NCBI GenBank assembly: GCA_964057225.1
Contig: OZ059894.1
Location: 3,906,001 to 3,970,000, forward strand
Reading direction: 5' to 3'
Length of the DNA: 64,000 nt
DNA from: Auanema rhodensis
Lineage: Eukaryota; Animalia; Nematoda
A program made the position numbers and the translations under genes. Each line of letters starts with the position of its first letter. The stretch's first letter is position 1. The notes beneath the pieces are model-generated. The model did no database searches, was not told the origin of the DNA, and saw only the letters and a program-made list of their open reading frames with translations. Shown here piece after piece: positions 53,845-64,000 of this stretch.

Positions 53845-56800
53845 CTCGATTTTCACCCTGAAGGAATAATTTTTTCGTTGAATAACATTGTCCATCGTCT
53901 TTGCCTTGAAAAATGGAATCTAAAAACATCTACTTTTTGCTAAATTATTTTGAAATTTTTCGAAAAAATTTTTGTCAAAATGTTTTTGGAAGCAATGTTG
54001 AGTGTACATGGAAACTCAACATACACTAATGCATCATTTTTCAAACGATCATAACTAATTTTTGTATCAAGCGTTTCTCAATGTAGTTTAGTGCATTCGA
54101 TGCGGATTTTTAAGCTGCGTCGATCTGTGTTATCAGATTTGCGCTAGCTTAAAAATGCACCGAGATATCAACTGATATAAGTTCACACTTCCTGAAGGAA
54201 TGATTTTTTCGTTGAATAACATTGTCCATCGTCTTTGCCATGAAAAAAGGAATCTAAAAACATCTACTTTTCGCTAAATTATTTTGAAATTTTTCGAAAA
54301 AATTTTTGTCAAAATGTTTTTGGAAGCATTGTTGAGTGTACATGGAAACTCAACATACACTAATGCATCATTTTTCAAACGATCATAACTAATTTTTGTA
54401 TCAAGCGTTTCTCAATGTAGTTTAGTGCATTCGATGCGGATTTTTAAGCTGCGTCGATCTGTGTTATCAGATTTGCGCTAGCTTAAAAATGCACCGAGAT
54501 ATCAACTGATATAAGTTCACACTTATATCCTCGATTTTCACCCTGAAGGAATAATTTTTTCGTTGAATAACATTGTCCATCGTCTTTGCCTTGAAAAATG
54601 GAATCTAAAAACATCTACTTTTTGCTAAATTATTTTGAAATTTTTCGAAAAAATTTTTGTCAAAATGTTTTTGGAAGCAATGTTGAGTGTACATGGAAAC
54701 TCAACATACACTAATGCATCATTTTTCAAACGATCATAACTAATTTTTGTATCAAGCGTTTCTCAATGTAGTTTAGTGCATTCGATGCGGATTTTTAAGC
54801 TGCGTCGATCTGTGTTATCAGATTTGCGCTAGCTTAAAAATGCACCGAGATATCAACTGATATAAGTTCACACTTATATCCTCGATTTTCACCCTGAAGG
54901 AATGATTTTTTCGTTGAATAACATTGTCCATCGTCTTTGCCTTGAAAAATGGAAACTAAAAACATCTACTTTTTGCTAAATTATTTTGAAATTTTTCGAA
55001 AAAATTTTTGTCAAAATGTTTTTGGAAGCAATGTTGAGTGTACATGGAAACTCAACATACACTAATGCATCATTTTTCAAACGATCATAACTAATTTTTG
55101 TATCAAGCGTTTCTCAATGTAGTTTAGTGCATTCGATGCGGATTTTTAAGCTGCGTCGATCTGTGTTATCAGATTTGCGCTAGCTTAAAAATGCACCGAG
55201 ATATCAACTGATATAAGTTCACACTTATATCCTCGATTTTCACCCTGAAGGAATAATTTTTTCGTTGAATAACATTGTCCATCGTCTTTGCCATGAAAAA
55301 AGGAATCTAAAAACATCTACTTTTTGCTAAATTATTTTGAAATTTTTCGAAAAAATTTTTGTCAAAATGTTTTTGGAAGCATTGTTGAGTGTACATGGAA
55401 ACTCAACATACACTAATGCATCATTTTTCAAACGATCATAACTAATTTTTGTATTAAGCGTTTCTCAATGTAGTATAGTGCATTCGATGCGGATTTTTAA
55501 GCTGCGTCGATCTGTGTTATCAGATTTGCGCTAGCTTAAAAATGCACCGAGATATCAACTGATATATGTTCACACTTATATCCTCGATTTTCACCCTGAA
55601 GGAATAATTTTTTCGTTGAATAACATTGTCCATCGTCTTTGCCTTGAAAAATGGAATCTAAAAACATCTACTTTTTGCTAAATTATTTTTAAATTTTTCG
55701 AAAAAATTTTTGTCAAAATGTTTTTGGAAGCAATGTTGAGTGTACATGGAAACTCAACATACACTAATGCATCATTTTTCAAACGATCATAACTAATTTT
55801 TGTATCAAGCGTTTCTCAATGTAGTTTAGTGCATTCTATGCGGATTTTTAAGCTGCGTCGATCTGTGTTATCAGATTTGCGCTAGCTTAAAAATGCACCG
55901 AGATATCAACTGATATAAGTTCACACTTATATCCTCGATTTTCACCCTGAAGGAATAATTTTTTCGTTGAATAACATTGTCCATCGTCTTTGCCTTGAAA
56001 AATGGAATCTAAAAACATCTACTTTTTGCTAAATTATTTTTAAATTTTTCGAAAAAATTTTTGTCAAAATGTTTTTGGAAGCAATGTTGAGTGTACATGG
56101 AAACTCAACATACACTAATGCATCATTTTTCAAACGATCATAACTAATTTTTGTATCAAGCGTTTCTCAATGTAGTTTAGTGCATTCTATGCGGATTTTT
56201 AAGCTGCGTCGATCTGTGTTATCAGATTTGCGCTAGCTTAAAAATGCACCGAGATATCAACTGATATAAGTTCACACTTCCTGAAGGAATGATTTTTTCG
56301 TTGAATAACATTGTCCATCGTCTTTGCCATGAAAAAAGGAATCTAAAAACATCTACTTTTCGCTAAATTATTTTGAAATTTTTCGAAAAAATTTTTGTCA
56401 AAATGTTTTTGGAAGCATTGTTGAGTGTACATGGAAACTCAACATACACTAATGCATCATTTTTCAAACGATCATAACTAATTTTTGTATCAAGCGTTTC
56501 TCAATGTAGTTTAGTGCATTCGATGCGGATTTTTAAGCTGCGTCGATCTGTGTTATCAGATTTGCGCTAGCTTAAAAATGCACCGAGATATCAACTGATA
56601 TAAGTTCACACTTATATCCTCGATTTTCACCCTGAAGGAATAATTTTTTCGTTGAATAACATTGTCCATCGTCTTTGCCTTGAAAAATGGAATCTAAAAA
56701 CATCTACTTTTTGCTAAATTATTTTGAAATTTTTCGAAAAAATTTTTGTCAAAATGTTTTTGGAAGCAATGTTGAGTGTACATGGAAACTCAACATACAC

Positions 56801-59761
56801 TAATGCATCATTTTTCAAACGATCATAACTAATTTTTGTATCAAGCGTTTCTCAATGTAGTTTAGTGCATTCGATGCGGATTTTTAAGCTGCGTCGATCT
56901 GTGTTATCAGATTTGCGCTAGCTTAAAAATGCACCGAGATATCAACTGATATAAGTTCACACTTATATCCTCGATTTTCACCCTGAAGGAATGATTTTTT
57001 CGTTGAATAACATTGTCCATCGTCTTTGCCTTGAAAAATGGAATCTAAAAACATCTACTTTTTGCTAAATTATTTTGAAATTTTTCGAAAAAATTTTTGT
57101 CAAAATGTTTTTGGAAGCAATGTTGAGTGTACATGGAAACTCAACATACACTAATGCATCATTTTTCAAACGATCATAACTAATTTTTGTATCAAGCGTT
57201 TCTCAATGTAGTTTAGTGCATTCGATGCGGATTTTTAAGCTGCGTCGATCTGTGTTATCAGATTTGCGCTAGCTTAAAAATGCACCGAGATATCAACTGA
57301 TATAAGTTCACACTTATATCCTCGATTTTCACCCTGAAGGAATGATTTTTTCGTTGAATAACATTGTCCATCGTCTTTGCCATGAAAAAAGGAATCTAAA
57401 AACATCTACTTTTCGCTAAATTATTTTGAAATTTTTCGAAAAAATTTTTGTCAAAATGTTTTTGGAAGCATTGTTGAGTGTACATGGAAACTCAACATAC
57501 ACTAATGCATCATTTTTCAAACGATCATAACTAATTTTTGTATTAAGCGTTTCTCAATGTAGTATAGTGCATTCGATGCGGATTTTTAAGCTGCGTCGAT
57601 CTGTGTTATCAGATTTGCGCTAGCTTAAAAATGCACCGAGATATCAACTGATATAAGTTCACACTTATATCCTCGATTTTCACCCTGAAGGAATAATTTT
57701 TTCGTTGAATAACATTGTCCATCGTCTTTGCCTTGAAAAATGGAATCTAAAAACATCTACTTTTTGCTAAATTATTTTTAAATTTTTCGAAAAAATTTTT
57801 GTCAAAATGTTTTTGGAAGCAATGTTGAGTGTACATGGAAACTCAACATACACTAATGCATCATTTTTCAAACGATCATAACTAATTTTTGTATCAAGCG
57901 TTTCTCAATGTAGTTTAGTGCATTCGATGCGGATTTTTAAGCTGCGTCGATCTGTGTTATCAGATTTGCGCTAGCTTAAAAATGCACCGAGATATCAACT
58001 GATATAAGTTCACACTTCCTGAAGGAATGATTTTTTCGTTGAATAACATTGTCCATCGTCTTTGCCATGAAAAAAGGAATCTAAAAACATCTACTTTTCG
58101 CTAAATTATTTTGAAATTTTTCGAAAAAATTTTTGTCAAAATGTTTTTGGAAGCATTGTTGAGTGTACATGGAAACTCAACATACACTAATGCATCATTT
58201 TTCAAACGATCATAACTAATTTTTGTATTAAGCGTTTCTCAATGTAGTTTAGTGCATTCGATGCGGATTTTTAAGCTGCGTCGATCTGTGTTATCAGATG
58301 TGCGCTAGCTTAAAAATGCACCGAGATATCAACTGATATAAGTTCACACTTATATCCTCGATTTTCACCCTGAAGGAATAATTTTTTTTGTTGAATAACA
58401 TTGTCCATCGTCTTTGCCTTGAAAAATGGAATCTAAAAACATCTACTTTTTGCTAAATTATTTTGAAATTTTTCGAAAAAATTTTTGTCAAAATGTTTTT
58501 GGAAGCAATGTTGAGTGTACATGGAAACTCAACATACACTAATGCATCATTTTTCAAACGATCATAACTAATTTTTGTATCAAGCGTTTCTCAATGTAGT
58601 TTAGTGCATTCGATGCGGATTTTTAAGCTGCGTCGATCTGTGTTATCAGATGTGCGCTAGCTTAAAAATGCACCGAGATATCAACTGATATAAGTTCACA
58701 CTTATATCCTCGATTTTCACCCTGAAGGAATAATTTTTTCGTTGAATAACATTGTCCATCGTCTTTGCCTTGAAAAATGAAATCTAAAAACATCTACTTT
58801 TTGCTAAATTATTTTGAAATTTTTCGAAAAAATTTTTGTCAAAATGTTTTTGGAAGCAATGTTGAGTGTACATGGAAACTCAACATACACTAATGCATCA
58901 TTTTTCAAACGATCATAACTAATTTTTGTATTAAGCGTTCTTCAATGTAGTATAGTGCATTCGATGCGGATTTTTAAGCTGCGTCGATCTGTGTTATCAG
59001 ATTTGCGCTAGCTTAAAAATGCACCGAGATATCAACTGATATAAGTTCACACTTATATCCTCGATTTTCACCCTGAAGGAATAATTTTTTTTGTTGAATA
59101 ACATTGTCCATCGTCTTTGCCTTGAAAAATGGAATCTAAAAACATCTACTTTTTGCTAAATTATTTTGAAATTTTTCGAAAAAATTTTTGTCAAAATGTT
59201 TTTGGAAGCAATGTTGAGTGTACATGGAAACTCAACATACACTAATGCATCATTTTTCAAACGATCATAACTAATTTTTGTATCAAGCGTTTCTCAATGT
59301 AGTTTAGTGCATTCGATGCGGATTTTTAAGCTGCGTCGATCTGTGTTATCAGATGTGCGCTAGCTTAAAAATGCACCGAGATATCAACTGATATAAGTTC
59401 ACACTTATATCCTCGATTTTCACCCTGAAGGAATAATTTTTTCGTTGAATAACATTGTCCATCGTCTTTGCCTTGAAAAATGAAATCTAAAAACATCTAC
59501 TTTTTGCTAAATTATTTTGAAATTTTTCGAAAAAATTTTTGTCAAAATGTTTTTGGAAGCAATGTTGAGTGTACATGGAATTCAACATACACTAATGCAT
59601 CATTTTTCAAACGATCATAACTAATTTTTGTATTAAGCGTTCTTCAATGTAGTATAGTGCATTCGATGCGGATTTTTAAGCTGCGTCGATCTGTGTTATC
59701 AGATTTGCGCTAGCTTAAAAATGCACCGAGATATCAACTGATATAAGTTCACACTTATATC

Positions 59762-62535
59762 CTCGATTTTCACCCTGAAGGAATAATTTTTTCGTTGAAT
59801 AACATTGTCCATCGTCTTTGCCTTGAAAAATGGAATCTAAAAACATCTACTTTTTGCTAAATTATTTTGAAATTTTTCGAAAAAATTTTTGTCAAAATGT
59901 TTTTGGAAGCAATGTTGAGTGTACATGGAAACTCAACATACACTAATGCATCATTTTTCAAACGATCATAACTTATTTTTGTATCAAGCGTTTCTCAATG
60001 TAGTTTAGTGCATTCGATGCGGATTTTTAAGCTGCGTCGATCTGTGTTATCAGATTTGCGCTAGCTTAAAAATGCACCGAGATATCAACTGATATAAGTT
60101 CACACTTATATCCTCGATTTTCACCCTGAAGGAATGATTTTTTCGTTGAATAACATTGTCCATCGTCTTTGCCATGAAAAAAGGAATCTAAAAACATCTA
60201 CTTTTTGCTAAATTATTTTGAAATTTTTCGAAAAAATTTTTGTCAAAATGTTTTTGGAAGCAATGTTGAGTGTACATGGAAACTCAACATACACTAATGC
60301 ATCATTTTTCAAACGATCATAACTAATTTTTGTATTAAGCGTTTCTCAATGTAGTATAGTGCATTCGATGCAGATTTTTAAGCTGCGTCGATCTGTGTTA
60401 TCAGATTTGCGCTAGCTTAAAAATGCACCGAGATATCAACTGATATAAGTTCACACTTATATCCTCGATTTTCACCCTGAAGGAATAATTTTTTCGTTGA
60501 ATAACATTGTCCATCGTCTTTGCCTTGAAAAATGGAATCTAAAAACATCTACTTTTTGCTAAATTATTTTGAAATTTTTCGAAAAAATTTTTGTCAAAAT
60601 GTTTTTGGAAGCAATGTTGAGTGTACATGGAAACTCAACATACACTAATGCATCATTTTTCAAACGATCATAACTAATTTTTGTATCAAGCGTTTCTCAA
60701 TGTAGTTTAGTGCATTCGATGCGGATTTTTAAGCTGCGTCGATCTGTGTTATCAGATTTGCGCTAGCTTAAAAATGCACCGAGATATCAACTGATATAAG
60801 TTCACACTTCCTGAAGGAATGATTTTTTCGTTGAATAAAATTGTCCATCGTCTTTGCCATGAAAAAAGGAATCTAAAAACATCTACTTTTCGCTAAATTA
60901 TTTTGAAATTTTTCGAAAAAATTTTTGTCAAAATGTTTTTGGAAGCATTGTTGAGTGTACATGGAAACTCAACATACACTAATGCATCATTTTTCAAACG
61001 ATCATAACTAATTTTTGTATTAAGCGTTCTTCAATGTAGTATAGTGCATTCGATGCGGATTTTTAAGCTGCGTCGATCTGTGTTATCAGATTTGCGCTAG
61101 CTTAAAAATGCACCGAGATATCAACTGATATAAGTTCACACTTATATCCTCGATTTTCACCCTGAAGGAATAATTTTTTCGTTGAATAACATTGTCCATC
61201 GTCTTTGCCTTGAAAAATGGAATCTAAAAACATCTACTTTTTGCTAAATTATTTTGAAATTTTTCGAAAAAATTTTTGTCAAAATGTTTTTGGAAGCAAT
61301 GTTGAGTGTACATGGAAACTCAACATACACTAATGCATCATTTTTCAAACGATCATAACTTATTTTTGTATCAAGCGTTTCTCAATGTAGTTTAGTGCAT
61401 TCGATGCGGATTTTTAAGCTGCGTCGATCTGTGTTATCAGATTTGCGCTAGCTTAAAAATGCACCGAGATATCAACTGATATAAGTTCACACTTATATCC
61501 TCGATTTTCACCCTGAAGGAATGATTTTTTCGTTGAATAACATTGTCCATCGTCTTTGCCATGAAAAAAGGAATCTAAAAACATCTACTTTTTGCTAAAT
61601 TATTTTGAAATTTTTCGAAAAAATTTTTGTCAAAATGTTTTTGGAAGCAATGTTGAGTGTACATGGAAACTCAACATACACTAATGCATCATTTTTCAAA
61701 CGATCATAACTAATTTTTGTATTAAGCGTTTCTCAATGTAGTATAGTGCATTCGATGCAGATTTTTAAGCTGCGTCGATCTGTGTTATCAGATTTGCGCT
61801 AGCTTAAAAATGCACCGAGATATCAACTGATATAAGTTCACACTTATATCCTCGATTTTCACCCTGAAGGAATAATTTTTTCGTTGAATAACATTGTCCA
61901 TCGTCTTTGCCTTGAAAAATGGAATCTAAAAACATCTACTTTTTGCTAAATTATTCTGAAATTTTTCGAAAAAATTTTTGTCAAAATGTTTTTGGAAGCA
62001 ATGTTGAGTGTACATGGAAACTCAACTTACACTAATGCATCATTTTTCAAACGATCATAACTAATTTTTGTATCAAGCGTTTCTCAATGTAGTTTAGTGC
62101 ATTCGATGCGGATTTTTAAGCTGCGTCGATCTGTGTTATCAGATTTGCGCTAGCTTAAAAATGCACCGAGATATCAACTGATATAAGTTCACACTTCCTG
62201 AAGGAATGATTTTTTCGTTGAATAAAATTGTCCATCGTCTTTGCCATGAAAAAAGGAATCTAAAAACATCTACTTTTCGCTAAATTATTTTGAAATTTTT
62301 CGAAAAAATTTTTGTCAAAATGTTTTTGGAAGCATTGTTGAGTGTACATGGAAACTCAACATACACTAATGCATCATTTTTCAAACGATCATAACTAATT
62401 TTTGTATTAAGCGTTTCTCAATGTAGTATAGTGCATTCGATGCGGATTTTTAAGCTGCGTCGATCTGTGTTATCAGATTTGCGCTAGCTTAAAAATGCAC
62501 CGAGATATCAACTGATATAAGTTCACACTTATATC
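59762..62535. repeat. Tandem 4-monomer higher-order repeat (2 x 1387 bp)
   Basis: M172-175 vs M176-179 share A213T, G260A, the 17-bp deletion and C42A (AATAAAATTG, seen only in these two copies). Confidence 0.85.
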
Positions 62536-64000
62536 CTCGATTTTCACCCTGAAGGAATAATTTTTTTTGTTGAATAACATTGTCCATCGTCTTTGCCTTG
62601 AAAAATGGAATCTAAAAACATCTACTTTTTGCTAAATTATTTTGAAATTTTTCGAAAAAATTTTTGTCAAAATGTTTTTGGAAGCAATGTTGAGTGTACA
62701 TGGAAACTCAACATACACTAATGCATCATTTTTCAAACGATCATAACTAATTTTTGTATCAAGCGTTTCTCAATGTAGTTTAGTGCATTCGATGCGGATT
62801 TTTAAGCTGCGTCGATCTGTGTTATCAGATGTGCGCTAGCTTAAAAATGCACCGAGATATCAACTGATATAAGTTCACACTTATATCCTCGATTTTCACC
62901 CTGAAGGAATAATTTTTTCGTTGAATAACATTGTCCATCGTCTTTGCCTTGAAAAATGAAATCTAAAAACATCTACTTTTTGCTAAATTATTTTGAAATT
63001 TTTCGAAAAAATTTTTGTCAAAATGTTTTTGGAAGCAATGTTGAGTGTACATGGAAACTCAACATACACTAATGCATCATTTTTCAAACGATCATAACTA
63101 ATTTTTGTATTGAGCGTTTCTCAATGTAGTATAGTGCATTCGATCCGGATTTTTAAGCTGCGTCGATCTGTGTTATCAGATTTGCGCTAGCTTAAAAATG
63201 CACCGAGATATCAACTGATATAAGTTCACACTTATATCCTCGATTTTCACCCTGAAGAATTAATTTTTTCGTTGAATAACATTGTCCATCGTCTTTGCCT
63301 TGAAAAAAGGAATTTAAAAACATCTACTTTTTGCTAAATTATTTTGAAATTTTTCGAAAAAATTTTTGTCAAAATGTTTTTGGAAGCAATGTTGAGTGTA
63401 CATGGAAACTCAACATACACTAATGCATCATTTTTCAAACGATCATAACTAATTTTTGTATCAAGCGTTTCTCAATGTAGTTTAGTGCATTCGATGCGGA
63501 TTTTTAAGCTGCGTCGATCTGTGTTATCAGATGTGCGCTAGCTTAAAAATGCACCGAGATATTAACTGATATAAGTTCACACTTATATCCTCGATTTTCA
63601 CCCTGAAGGAATAATTTTTTCGTTGAATAACATTGTCCATCGTCTTTGCCTTGAAAAATGAAATCTAAAAACATCTACTTTTTGCTAAATTATTTTGAAA
63701 TTTTTCGAAAAAATTTTTGTCAAAATGTTTTTGGAAGCAATGTTGAGTGTACATGGAAACTCAACATACACTAATGCATCATTTTTCAAACGATCATAAC
63801 TAATTTTTGTATCAAGCGTTTCTCAATGTAGTTTAGTGCATTCGATGCGGATTTTTAAGCTGCGTCGATCTGTGTTATCAGATGTGCGCTAGCTTAAAAA
63901 TGCACCGAGATATCAACTGATATAAGTTCACACTTATATCCTCGATTTTCACCCTGAAGGAATAATTTTTTCGTTGAATAACATTATCCATCGTCTTTGC

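Larger units (their letters stand above)
1..64000. repeat. Tandem satellite DNA array, 351-bp monomer, 183 complete copies + partial
   Basis: CTCGATTTTCACCCTGAAG recurs at 1, 352, 703, 1054 ... 63590, 63941. Monomers differ from consensus by 0 to ~8 sites. Indel bookkeeping accounts for every base. No inversion or foreign sequence seen. Confidence 0.99.

Noticed and set aside
1-64000. Giant repeat-protein ORF (351 bp = 117 codons, frame-preserving)
   Set aside because: Every frame has stops in each monomer. Plus strand: TAA 97, 208, 334 and TAG 301 in frame 1; TAA 23 in frame 2; TGA 15 in frame 3. Minus-strand stop-free stretches are at most ~45 codons. The -17 and +/-1 indels also ignore frame.
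1-64000. CRISPR array or other repeat-spacer / cassette system
   Set aside because: There are hairpins but no unique spacers or cassettes; sequence between hairpins is as conserved as the hairpins. No cas, integrase or reverse transcriptase gene is present.
1-64000. Rolling-circle or PCR concatemer artefact
   Set aside because: Variants form linked haplotypes in nested, ordered patterns, not identical copies with random errors. Local mis-assembly of copy number remains possible.

Overview
The entire 64-kb window is one uninterrupted head-to-tail satellite DNA array. The monomer is 351 bp and about 32% GC by hand count. There are 183 complete monomers plus 60 bp of a 184th, all in one orientation. 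Length bookkeeping closes exactly: 183x351 - 18x17 (a recurrent 17-bp deletion) + 19 (a +1 T-tract variant) - 6 (single-base deletions) = 63,940, and monomer 184 starts at 63,941. So there is no room for an inserted gene, transposon or spacer. All six reading frames of the monomer contain stops, so I call no CDS, RNA gene or CRISPR array, and I found no new protein-coding system. The interest is in array architecture. Scoring each monomer by eye at diagnostic sites reveals nested higher-order structure: a 43-monomer-offset (15,043 bp) block duplication, local 2-, 3-, 4- and 6-monomer repeats, a single-origin 334-bp deletion lineage, and recombinant monomers. The monomer itself is dense in dyad symmetries and not CpG-depleted. 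A eukaryotic, possibly invertebrate, (peri)centromeric or heterochromatic satellite is the most likely identity. That is inference, and I cannot name the family or species. Notation: variants such as A24G use monomer positions with window base 1 = position 1; M1-M184 number the monomers.
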